DNA of 64,000 nucleotides from Trypanosoma brucei (Eukaryota), in contig CM000208.1 in NCBI GenBank assembly GCA_000002445.1, positions 896,001-960,000 on the forward strand, given 5' to 3'. This document shows positions 54,380 to 64,000 of this stretch, in pieces. The translations under genes and the position numbers were made by a program. Every line of letters starts with the position of its first letter. The first letter of the stretch is position 1. The notes below the pieces were generated by a model. It was not told where the DNA came from. It saw nothing but the letters and a program-made list of their open reading frames with translations, and did no database searches.

Positions 54380-54401
54380 CCCCTGCCCCCACCCCACCCC
54401 C
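54380..54401 (-). other. Canonical G-quadruplex motif on the minus (transcribed) strand: G5-T-G4-T-G5-CA-G4.
   Basis: The plus strand reads cccctgcccccaccccacccccatt. There are additional C4-C5 blocks at 54281-54300 and 54321-54372. Confidence 0.6.
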
Positions 54402-55951
54402 ATTCTTCCCAACCCATATAAAACACAACAGTTGTACATCCACGGGGTTCCACTGATACAACATGCAACTTTGTATACCTCCCTTTTGTTTCCACTGTGT
54501 ATCTGTTTCACCAGTTCGTCGACGACTTAACTGGTTGTTACAAAATAATTATGAAAAGGAAACGACAAAGACATACATCTTGTGGATCCCCTTTCTCCTT
54601 TTTTGATGTCATTCCCAGAATCCCTTCTCCCCCTTCCTCCTCTAGAAAAAAAAGGAAAACAAAGGTATACAAACAATAGAAGTAAATCGCTTCTTAGAAT
54701 CATCAACAATAGTGGTGGAGAAATACTCCTTTTTAATTCTATTTTTCAAAGTACCCTCCCCCATTCTCACCATTTATTGCTCTTCTCACTTTTGTATTAC
54801 TTCAAAAGAGTTCACATGGATCCCGAGATACATAAAGGCCGTGCAACTCGTTTTCAACGTGTTTGTTACTTTTTCTTTTATTGTTGTTATTGTCGTTGTT
54901 CTTTTTAGTGTTTTATCATTTATTCCCACTTTGCTACACCACATATCTTACAAAGTTTAACATTATTATTATTGTTATTATTATACTTTGATTTTGATTT
55001 TGATTTTTTACCCTCTTCATTACTTGTTTATTTTCTTTTTTCCTTTAGCTCGCGGGGTGTCTTTGACACGCCGCTGTTAGTGCTGCCCAGCAACCGAACC
55101 GACGAGAAGGGAGGTACCGTTACAAAACAAAACAAAACAACAATATTTTCATATATAAAAATTTGCGCATACGAAACAGAGGGAATATTCGCACAAAATA
55201 AAAAAATGCGATGTGAAGGTGCCTAATCATAACGAAAAGGAACTGCACACAAAAGGTGAAAGAAACAAGGGAATATATTATACATATTGTTATTTACTCC
55301 ACTGCTTTTGTTTGTCTTCTTTACCATCCTCACCGCCTGCCTTTGCCTTCGGCCGTCAATACACAAAAATACTGCAAGACATTAGCTGCATGCCGAAAAA
55401 AAAAAGATAAAAGATAAAATATAAAAAAATGAATAGGGAGTAATAAAAGCAAAAAAGGGAAGAGGAGAGGACAAGAGAGATCTGGTTTCTTCCTTACACC
55501 ACCTCCTCCCATATAACTAAGTAAGAAAGCAAAGGAAGGTTTAGCTTAAAGAAACCAAAACAGCGGCAACACCAGCAATGCCACAAAATAGAAAAGGTTT
55601 CCCCTTGGCCACCCCCTTTTTTTTTTTGAAGTTTACCCCCTTCCCACCCCGCTTTGTTTATTTCCCGTGAGTTTACGCATGCACCATATCTTCCATCAAC
55701 TGTTTAGCAGAACAGAAGGAACATGCGAATCAAAAAGGAAATGATAAACAACAACTACATACCTTGAATTGATTACAAACCCTAACCGTATATGATCCCC
55801 CCATGCCATACATTTTGCCATGGAGCGATGCTTACGCACTGAGGCACGGTCTATCTGATTACCCGGAAAAGGGCCGATGTACACAAACACAGTATAATAA
55901 AAACCACAGTAGTGGCATAACCCAATCACCCATCCGACTTGACACACCCCT

Positions 55952-57163
55952 CTACTTGTTACGCACGTGTCGGACAACATCGTCAATCGACTTGACCAGA
56001 AAATCCATTGTTGAGGGCGTTAACGCTGCGAGGTTGGCGCGGCCGACAGGCAGCACAAAAACGCGCTTCTCGCACAACCTTTCGCACTGAGGCCTTGAAA
56101 GTCCCATATAAGAGAACATACCCTTCTGGTTGATGATGTGCTCCCAAGTGCCGGGAGTACCGAGTTTCATCAGCCCTTCATAAACACCTTGACGCATGCT
56201 TCGGACGCGGTTCACCATCTCCTTGAGTTCCTGCTCCCATTCTGCGCGGAGTTCTTTGTCACTCATCACGAGGTGAGCGATGCGAGCGCCATGTACAGGT
56301 GGGGTTGAGTAATAGGAACGGGCGATCACCTCAAGGCGGCTCCGCACGGCCTCCTTCCTTGAAGCATCCGAAACGACAGCAGAAATCACACCAACACGTT
56401 CGGCATACAAACCCATGTTCTTGGAAAAGGACTGTGCAAGTAGCATTTCCATCCCTCTCTTTGCAAAGTGGCGGATGGCGTAGGCGTCCTCGTCGAGACT
56501 GCCGGATGCAAAACCCTGGTAGGCGGAGTCGAAGAAGGGAATCAATTTACGTTCAACAAATACATCGGCGATGGTTGCCCACTGATCTTTGCTTGGATCC
56601 ACACCAGTGGGGTTATGGGCACATGCGTGCAGCACAATAATACTCCCCTGAGGGGCCACGTTCAGATCTTCAATGAGGCCAACGAAGTCCAGCTCATGGG
56701 TGCTGGGACTGTAGTAACGGTATTCACGGATATTTTTGTGACCCACAATTCCGAATATTGATACGTGGTTTGACCATGTGGGATTTGAAACATACACGGG
56801 GGTATCTTCAGGTACCACCTGCCTGAGGAGCGTGGCTCCAAGGCTAAGCGAGCCGGTGCCGCTGAGACCCTGCGAGGCGGCGATACGCTCCAATGGCACC
56901 GTATTGCCGTAGGCGAGTTTTACAGCTTCTTCAACAAAGTTAAGAAGACCAGTCATGGGTGGGTACTCTTTATCAAGGCCCATGTCCACAATGCGCCGCT
57001 CAGCCTTCCGCACTACTTTTAATGGATACGGCAACCCGTTTTGGTCGCGGTAGGCACCAATAACGAGATCCGCCTTCGGTTCTGGGGCGGCCTTTGCAGC
57101 CCTCGCTAGACCAAAGACGGGGTCCAATGGAACGGGTGCTAAGTCCTTAAAGGGCCTGGACAT
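55952..57163 (-). CDS. ASAT: Aspartate aminotransferase (PLP-dependent, aminotransferase class I).
   Basis: Pyridoxal-Lys motif SFSKNMGLYAERVG. The N-terminus MSRPFKDLAPVPLDPVFGL and the overall pattern are AAT-like. The track start at 57181 is GTG; the ATG is at 57163. Confidence 0.85.
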   Translation of the reverse strand: MSRPFKDLAPVPLDPVFGLARAAKAAPEPKADLVIGAYRDQNGLPYPLKVVRKAERRIVDMGLDKEYPPMTGLLNFVEEAVKLAYGNTVPLERIAASQGLSGTGSLSLGATLLRQVVPEDTPVYVSNPTWSNHVSIFGIVGHKNIREYRYYSPSTHELDFVGLIEDLNVAPQGSIIVLHACAHNPTGVDPSKDQWATIADVFVERKLIPFFDSAYQGFASGSLDEDAYAIRHFAKRGMEMLLAQSFSKNMGLYAERVGVISAVVSDASRKEAVRSRLEVIARSYYSTPPVHGARIAHLVMSDKELRAEWEQELKEMVNRVRSMRQGVYEGLMKLGTPGTWEHIINQKGMFSYMGLSRPQCERLCEKRVFVLPVGRANLAALTPSTMDFLVKSIDDVVRHVRNK

Positions 57164-57922
57164 TGCAGATTTCTTGAGCACTGTTACTGTTACTTCCTTT
57201 TATTATAAGTTCTTTCTCCTTTACCGTATTTTGTTGAGTATAATCGGTTATATTTACGTTTGTATAAATCTTTAAAAACAAAATCACGGTTCTCGTTCAC
57301 TTCCTTCGTTGTTGTTGGCACTTCTTTAACAGCACCATTTAACAGATAAAAAAACGAACGTAAGAGGGGAGGAGAGAGACAGTTGCAGACCGTACCTGGT
57401 GACGCAAGTCAAAAAATTAAATAAACTCGCCAATGCCTTCCCGGTGCGTCTGCCATGTTTGAAGGCATTCGTAGAGTTCCCTTTGTTATTCTTCGGGACC
57501 TACACATCTCCCATCTCCTTCCCTTTTACACCCCTTCCACACCTTCACAACCTGACATAAACGCACCATTGGACGTAAATATAAACGCAAGTACCCACGC
57601 ATATCCATACAGTCATATATATATCTGTACGTATGCAAACCCATGATAATAACAATCGAACAGCAGCCACCGTTGAAGTAAGCGGATATATATTATATTT
57701 ATTTATAACTGGAACACCTTCAGCGACGAAATTACCGGGCTGAATGCCCCTAAATTCAACAGAACGAAGTGAACCAAACGCAAAAGTCATCCAACAAAAA
57801 AAGCGCAAAGCTCTCCCCCTCCACCAAAAACGGCTGCACTGGCAGTTAGGTACAAGCAATTTAGTAACAAATCATAAGGGTGAGTCTCTCGGAACAATGA
57901 AAACAAAAAAAAAGTGAGAAAA

Positions 57923-57924
<2 letters not shown>

Positions 57925-57954
<30 letters not shown>
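57925..57954. repeat. (GT)15 microsatellite.
   Basis: gtgtgt... run between ASAT and the acidic-protein gene. Confidence 0.95.
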
Positions 57955-57955
<1 letters not shown>

Positions 57956-58057
57956 TGTTTATCGGAGGGAAGCAAATATGTCACAAAGCAAATTGGAAAA
58001 ATACACGTGCAAACACATGCCCGCCTACCCAATATCCTGAAACGCCAAATAAACCTG

Positions 58058-59524
58058 TCAGAACGGAAGCTGCAAAGACGGTGCAGGTGAGACACTGCCA
58101 CCAATATGTGGCGTGGGTAAAAGCGGGTGCACAGTCCACAGGTCCGCTGTTACATCAGTCACAGACTGGTACTGCTGTTGCTTCTGTCGTTCGGCGTTTA
58201 GTGCCTTCACTTTCGCAATGACATCACAGATGGGTATCGGCCCTTTCGCCACCTGCCACGTTTGTGCTTCCATTGGCTGTAGCAGAAAGGAATCTGTGTT
58301 GCTAAAGAACCGAATGGTGTGAAGCTCAGCAATACGAACCGCAGTTACGGGGTCAACGTCCCCAATCACATCCCACCTTTCTTCCATTTTTCCTCCCATT
58401 GTGGCCCCAAGATTCATATTTTGGAGAGACTGTGTTGAGTTACGCAGTTTACGGGCTGCCATTTCACTGATGTGGGAAACGAACAACGTTCCCACACCCT
58501 GAAAGGTGCCTGCAACATTTTTGTCAATTTTTCGCCGCCTGAAGAAGAATGCTTCCATCATCGCTGTAACAATATCACCAGCTGAATAGCTTTCCCGCTG
58601 GTTACTTGTACCCTCTAGTGCCCATGTGTTCGTGTGGTAATCCATCTTCCTGTTTGCGCCTGCAGAAGTGTCCACCGTGCATCCCGTAAAGCTGAAAAGT
58701 TGTTTCGCTAACAACGCTGTATCAAAATCTTGCTCAAATTCAAAATTTCCTCCCCCACTAAGAAGAGAAAGTGATCCGGCCAACCCACAGTCCATTGGGA
58801 AAGAAGCACTAGTTGACGTAGCAGACAGTGGTTTACTAGGTTGCACGGTGGTAGGACCATTTTCTTGAAAATCCATCCACTCATCATCGTCAACGCCAGG
58901 ACTGTTGTTGTTGGCGCTCCCATAAGTGTTGTTGCTTGTAAAGGTTTGCGCACCGAAGGTATTACCACTTGACGTACCATTGAACGTGATTGAAAGGGGG
59001 TCTTTGTGCGATATACCTCCACTAGTGGTATCGCACCGTCCCCAAGCAACCGCCGAGCCCGTTATTCCAACATTCTTGGAAGTTGCTTCGTTTTTGGGTT
59101 CTTCTTTCTCAATACCTTGAACCGCCACATTCGACGCGGTTGCTGCCTCGACGGCTTCTCCCCATTCGTCCACCTTTTCACTATGGGCCCCAACCGCCGC
59201 TGATGGACGGGCGGAGGCCTCTGAAACGCAAGGTGCACTTTCCACAAAATCACCAAAATCATCACCATCATCCCAATCTCCATTTTCATTCTTACTTTGT
59301 TGAGTGTCACCCCACAGTTGCACTGGATCGGAAGTTTCCCCCTTAACGTCAGCGGCCTTACTTTCAGCAGAAACACTATCCAGTGGTGATCCTTGCCATT
59401 TGCTAGCCTCAGACTTCGATGGTTCTGAAGTTATTGCAGTGGTTGTCACATCCATTAAATATCCTTCACCACTCCGTGAGGACGATACCTGTGGTTGAGC
59501 AAAGAGAATATCATCTTCATTCAT
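58058..59524 (-). CDS. Hypothetical acidic low-complexity protein carrying tandem Trp/Phe-acidic short linear motifs (DFGDF, WDDGDDFGDF, DDDEWMDF).
   Basis: ATG 59524. The N-terminal 250 aa are Ser/Asp/Glu/Gly-rich with DFGDF and DEW..F motifs. The C-terminal 230 aa are more globular. Confidence 0.5.
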   Translation of the reverse strand: MNEDDILFAQPQVSSSRSGEGYLMDVTTTAITSEPSKSEASKWQGSPLDSVSAESKAADVKGETSDPVQLWGDTQQSKNENGDWDDGDDFGDFVESAPCVSEASARPSAAVGAHSEKVDEWGEAVEAATASNVAVQGIEKEEPKNEATSKNVGITGSAVAWGRCDTTSGGISHKDPLSITFNGTSSGNTFGAQTFTSNNTYGSANNNSPGVDDDEWMDFQENGPTTVQPSKPLSATSTSASFPMDCGLAGSLSLLSGGGNFEFEQDFDTALLAKQLFSFTGCTVDTSAGANRKMDYHTNTWALEGTSNQRESYSAGDIVTAMMEAFFFRRRKIDKNVAGTFQGVGTLFVSHISEMAARKLRNSTQSLQNMNLGATMGGKMEERWDVIGDVDPVTAVRIAELHTIRFFSNTDSFLLQPMEAQTWQVAKGPIPICDVIAKVKALNAERQKQQQYQSVTDVTADLWTVHPLLPTPHIGGSVSPAPSLQLPF

Positions 59525-60564
59525 TTTTTTCTTATTATTATTATTTTTTTCTTAAAAAAAAACCCACACCTGCTCCAGCAAATGCTTGGATAGAAAATGG
59601 AGAAGGTAAAAGAAAACCAAGAAAAAAAAATAATAGTAAAATCGATGACGGCTTGTCCCTTCCGCTCGTGTTTTGCACGACCTTTTCCCTTTCTTCTTAC
59701 TTCCCTTCGCTTATCGCGCCTACAATTTCTTTTAATAAGAGAGCCTACACTTTCCCTTTCCGCTTTCGCTTCAAAGCACAGAAGATGCAAATGAGGAACA
59801 AGAAAGTTGAAGTGATGCAGAAATTTTGAATTTGTGCCTTAAAGAAGTGACACAAACAACATACATAAAGACAAAGTGAAATAGTAAACAACCCACCCAT
59901 ACAACCGACTCTACGGTAAACATGCAACAAAAAAAACAACTACAACAACAGCATCAAATAATCAAAATACCCTGAAGGTAAAGGAGCAGATGAGAAAAAA
60001 AACAATGTGGCATTGGAACAGATAGAGATAACAGTTAAATATTTTTATATATCACTCTTGCCGCACCATTTTGATATTTCTCTTTTCTCTTTTACTTCCA
60101 TCGGCACTTTCTTTTTTTTCCTCTGCTACTTTTCGTTTTCTTCATTCAAAAAAAAACACCCTTATCCATATATCTGTATATTTCTTTATATATTCGCAAC
60201 CAAATGAGTAAGTAAGTGGAGTAATGAACCAATAAATCAACTTGTTTCGTGTAACCATTTCTCTTCATTCCCGCAACGCATAAGTTTGAACTACAGGGGA
60301 GGGAAAAAGAAAATATGGATGAAGAGAAACGGCTACAAAAGAAAAATTTAAAGAAAAAAAGGACACAAAAGTGCTCAGAGAAGCGACAAGATCCAAAGAC
60401 GAAACAAGATGAACAGACTCAAAAAAAAAAAACGCAGTCAACAGAACAGCAGCCACACTTATATATGTCCCCTTCACTCATCATCTCGCCTCCCTACATT
60501 TCATTCGCTTTATCTTTCTTCTCCCTCATCGTCATCTCAGCGATTGCGCCACACGAGGTAACGC

Positions 60565-60658
60565 AGTAATAACAACATCAGCAATATCAGTAATATCATC
60601 AATAACAATAGTAATAATAGTAATAATGGTAATATCAATAATATTAATAATAATAATG
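60565..60658. repeat. Degenerate AT-rich hexamer minisatellite (AATAGT/AATAAT-like units).
   Basis: agtaataacaacatcagcaatatcagtaatatcatcaataacaatagtaataatagtaataatggtaatatcaataatattaataataataat. Confidence 0.7.
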
Positions 60659-61603
60659 TGTAGAGGAGCTACAAATCACTGGGACGCTGCCAGTGCAGAA
60701 TGAGAGGAGGAGAGCGGGCGCAAGACGCAAACATATATGAATAAATACACAGGTATATATATATATATGCACAAATACGTATAAGGTTATATTGATTGAG
60801 AAAAAAAACTGAAGGAAAACAACAGCGTGAGGGGCCAAAATTGGGCACATACAAGACGAGAAAAAAAAAATCCCCTTTTTGGATTCTTCAGAAAGTAAAA
60901 AGAAAAAAAAGCAAACGAACAGATTAGTCCTTTTCGCATTACTTTGACTCTCCCTTTCTCTCAGCACTCCGGGTGTGTTTCTTCGTTTTTGTTTTATATA
61001 TGGTTAGCTAAAGGGAGAGAAAAGGTTGTACAAAAAACAAAAGAGAGCAAACAACAAAAAAGAAACACATGAAGAATTCAAACTAATATGTGAATACAGA
61101 AAAAGAAAGAAGGGAGGTAATATAATTAAACAAAAAAACAAGACGGGGTAAATGGAAGCAAAAAAAAAAACACACACACACAAAACAGCAACAGCACTCG
61201 CGACAAAATGTGTTGTAAGTTCATATGGTGCCACAAAAGAGGCACACATGGGAAGGAAAAGGAAAATATGTGATAAGATGATTATGATAATTAAAAAAAG
61301 AGGGGATCAGAATTTAATAGGAAACAAAAGGGATGGAAGTAAAAATTCAGCTACATGATACGCGATTAATCCATTTTTCTAAGCGGCGCCGTATCGAACT
61401 GAGCGTTTCCGTTCCGATCCTTGTCATGTAGCTGTGGCGCACCTCGTAAGCAAGGAATATAAACAACGAACACGGCAGCAACGACGACGACAGCGACATA
61501 AACAATAATACAGCCACATAGGCATGAACACGTGAAAAAGAGTAGTAGCAAAAAAAAAAAAATGGAGCTGTAAATAGAAAACAAAGGCGTTTTAAATAGC
61601 GTT

Positions 61604-62470
61604 TTACATAAAAGAGGATTCGTCGTCGCTTACGCCGTACAGGCGGCGGAGCTCACGAATCACCTGCTCTGTTGTCATATGGTCCTCAAACCGTTGATCA
61701 ACATTCGGTGCGCATGAGCGGGACGTGGGCACAAACTTTGCTACCGCTACCGCAGCTTTTGTCGGGGTTGTCTTTTGTTCCCCAACTGCTTTTGTTTGCG
61801 GTTGAATGGCGGCATGGAAAGTGGGTGTTTTAAGAGTACGCCACTTTCGTTGCTGCTTCTCTACTAGTTCTGGTTGTGAATTATGTTTCTGTGGAAAATC
61901 CTCGTAGAGTCGCCGGATTTCCTCAGCGAGGTTCATTTTCATTGTTTCCACGTCAACAAAGCTTCCTCCCAATTGTGATGTTGTATTGACACAACTATAT
62001 ACCAACCTTGGTGGCACCCAGTTGCATCGACAACTGGTGGTTTCCACACCGGAAAGCCTCCGCTTACCACAACTGCGTAGTGAAGGCGATGTCAACGATG
62101 AAGACGAGGTGGTAACAGTGGTTCCCGTTGCAACGGTGGGGAAAGATGATCTCCGCCCACTTACAGCTTCGGCACCGTCGTCACCTGACGTAGGAGCATC
62201 GGAGCCACGTGGAAATTGCACATTACCGTGTAAATTTGAAGCAGGCTGGGGAGAATTCAGTTGAGACCCGGCTCTTGATGCCGCTGCCTGATAAGATTGT
62301 CGCCCCTGAGCAGCGTGTTCCGCGAGGTGAGCAACCGCATCCCTGAGGCGGCGCTTCCGTTCCTTCCACCAGGAGTCTAAAACCAGTTCACGGTCCGCCT
62401 TCACTTGTTTTTCCATCATCCGTAGCGCTTCCGAGACGCGTGGACCCACGGAGACTTTATTGCCTCCCAT
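61604..62470 (-). CDS. Hypothetical protein (288 aa) with a basic N-terminus and a Ser/Thr-rich middle.
   Basis: ATG 62470 on the minus-strand array. No recognisable domain. Confidence 0.45.
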   Translation of the reverse strand: MGGNKVSVGPRVSEALRMMEKQVKADRELVLDSWWKERKRRLRDAVAHLAEHAAQGRQSYQAAASRAGSQLNSPQPASNLHGNVQFPRGSDAPTSGDDGAEAVSGRRSSFPTVATGTTVTTSSSSLTSPSLRSCGKRRLSGVETTSCRCNWVPPRLVYSCVNTTSQLGGSFVDVETMKMNLAEEIRRLYEDFPQKHNSQPELVEKQQRKWRTLKTPTFHAAIQPQTKAVGEQKTTPTKAAVAVAKFVPTSRSCAPNVDQRFEDHMTTEQVIRELRRLYGVSDDESSFM

Positions 62471-62730
62471 TGTGGTACCACCTTGGATCCAATAACTTTC
62501 GTCTCCGCAACTTTAAGGAAAGGCACGTGCTTTTGTCCGCTATTCCACCCAACTTGGCGCACCCAATGCCCGCTGTCTAAATGTAATGCGAGAAATAAAA
62601 ACAAGCAAGATAATACTTATGCACGTCCCCCTACTATATATGTAAATGCAAATGTATGTACCTTTTTTAGATGAGTCTCCTACGTTTATTCTCCTGTATT
62701 ATATATATAAATATATATTCTCCTATATTA

Positions 62731-62733
<3 letters not shown>

Positions 62734-62767
<34 letters not shown>
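62734..62767. repeat. (AT)17 microsatellite.
   Basis: Perfect AT run between the last two minus-strand genes. Confidence 0.9.
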
Positions 62768-62769
<2 letters not shown>

Positions 62770-63110
62770 CCCTTGTGGTTGATAGTTACCTCCCTGCGCC
62801 CCTACGTATGTTGCTTGAATTTCTTCGCTGCAGTAGAGGAACCGTACTGATCTTAGACGGTTACTTCGCGCGCTCGGCACCCGTTAACAGCACACGAGCG
62901 CACAAACACCTAATCAAATAAGGAAGGGGGAAATATTAAGGGAACCCAACCTTGCGCAGTAACAAACGAAACGGAGAAAATCGTTTACACAGAACAGCAA
63001 TGAGGCAAGTTTTTTTTAAAAAAACAAAGGGGATAATATTGTTTATTTAAGTTTAATATACAGAATGACACACTTACACGATATAGCCGATTCACCATAT
63101 GATTCAGCAT

Positions 63111-64000
63111 TTAGGTCCCTGAGCCATGCGCTTGTTGGGAGGACGCCTCAAGAAACCGATGCCATAAGGTTGCCAACTTACACACCTCCTCCGTAGTTAA
63201 ATCAAGCACAGTCAAGGCGCCATCTGTACGCAACTCCTGCAACATATACTGGGCAACTTCAGGAGGCACGTGTTGCTGCAATGCTTTATAAACTGTCATG
63301 CCTCGCTGCCCAGGGCGCATCAACAAGTCCGTGAAGTGTATGAGTGTTGCCGCATCGAGCCCCGGTAATAATGGCACAGCACGAGGTTGAAGGGTAATTA
63401 GTGCACCAAGAACCGCAGTTTTTGGATAATACGTCATTTCTCGAAATGTCCGCAGTAGTTGTGTGTGGAAAAAGCACTGACACAATACGGAGAGGCGAGA
63501 AAAGTGAATGGAACCCGCTGGGGCGATGATACACTCCGCAACCTCCTGCTGCGTGAAAACATGTAACGGAACGCGACCGAAAACAAAAAGGTTTTGTTTA
63601 CGCGAGCAGTCGACAGCATAACGCATCAGAAGTTCAGTTATGATGTTAAAAGGGAGATTTGCTATCACTTCAAGTTTTGCATCGCCGTCTGACCACCATC
63701 TGTCGGATACCTCAAATGCAACCGACTCAGAAGAGAATGCACAACCAGAAACATCTGAACTCGGCGCCGCAGAACCGCTGTTTTGTCCACTAGCCGTGTC
63801 GTGGTTAAAAGCTGCATATTTTCCGAATCGCTTTCGAAGAATCTTCTCCCGTTGTACGTTCCGCAGTGGAGCATCCTCGCAGTAAAAATCGCCCGTGCAG
63901 CAGCCACTGTCCTTAGTACCGCTACTGCATGCTTCCCCACCATCGCTTTTATTCCCGTCGCTACTCGCACGCTCACGTGCATCTGCCGCTGGCTTCCGAC
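63111..64000 (-). CDS. rRNA adenine N6,N6-dimethyltransferase of the KsgA/Dim1/TFB1M family. This is the C-terminal part; the gene continues beyond the window end.
   Basis: IANLPFNIITELLM...QQEVAECIIAPAGSIHFSRLSVLCQCFFHT...YYPKTAVLGALITLQP aligns with KsgA NLPYNISTPLM...QKEVADRLVA.P.SKAYGRLSVMAQYYCNV...PPPKVDSAVVRLVP. The reading frame stays open from 63668 up to 64000 (I translated it manually; it is a Ser/Gly/Cys-rich low-complexity segment). The SAM-binding N-terminus must therefore lie off-window. Confidence 0.7.
   Translation of the reverse strand, partial: RKPAADARERASSDGNKSDGGEACSSGTKDSGCCTGDFYCEDAPLRNVQREKILRKRFGKYAAFNHDTASGQNSGSAAPSSDVSGCAFSSESVAFEVSDRWWSDGDAKLEVIANLPFNIITELLMRYAVDCSRKQNLFVFGRVPLHVFTQQEVAECIIAPAGSIHFSRLSVLCQCFFHTQLLRTFREMTYYPKTAVLGALITLQPRAVPLLPGLDAATLIHFTDLLMRPGQRGMTVYKALQQHVPPEVAQYMLQELRTDGALTVLDLTTEEVCKLATLWHRFLEASSQQAHGSGT

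Noticed and set aside
229-64000. Track ORF starts shown as M at GTG/TTG codons (for example 229, 2764, 13045, 21070, 24912, 31857, 34546, 44824, 47692, 53171, 57181).
   Set aside because: Trypanosome nuclear genes initiate at ATG. I moved each start to the first plausible in-frame ATG downstream of a polypyrimidine tract. The exact starts remain predictions.

Overview
This window looks like a core chromosomal segment of a trypanosomatid, most consistent with an African trypanosome (Trypanosoma brucei group). It is not a prokaryotic or mobile-element region. The basis is: long intron-less ORFs packed head-to-tail on one strand; pyrimidine-rich tracts (trans-splicing signals) 50-300 nt upstream of nearly every start codon; AT-rich intergenic spacers full of (TA)n, (GT)n, (CA)n microsatellites; and a gene set typical of kinetoplastids. 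That set includes a tri-domain NADH-dependent fumarate reductase sitting next to an aspartate aminotransferase (from memory this matches the T. brucei chromosome 10 FRDm2-cASAT neighbourhood; I cannot verify IDs without a search), a U2AF65-like splicing factor with a C-terminal UHM, a PRMT paralogue with degenerate catalytic loops, proteasome Rpt4, and a DDX11/CHL1-type helicase.

Organisation: 14 plus-strand genes run from 238 to 41221. Seven minus-strand genes run from 43844 to beyond 64000, and the last one (a KsgA/Dim1-like methyltransferase) continues off the window. The two arrays converge at about 41.2-43.8 kb, a convergent strand-switch region where Pol II transcription would be expected to terminate. 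It contains no tRNA. It does contain a near-perfect 12-bp hairpin followed by a T11 run.

On coordinates: the supplied ORF track often begins ORFs at GTG or TTG (shown as M). I moved starts to the first plausible in-frame ATG, so several of my starts differ from the track.

I found no rRNA, tRNA, spliced-leader gene, CRISPR array or recognisable retroposon, and nothing resembling a bacterial-type defence system. The most unusual thing I can support is the gene at 27572-30358. It appears to fuse an N-terminal PIN/FEN-like 5' nuclease fold to a C-terminal TDP2-like EEP phosphodiesterase domain. Secondary points are a strong G-quadruplex motif on the transcribed strand upstream of the fumarate reductase, the hairpin/T-run element in the strand-switch region, a predicted catalytically dead PRMT, and an acidic protein carrying gamma-ear/appendage-binding style motifs (DFGDF, WxxF).
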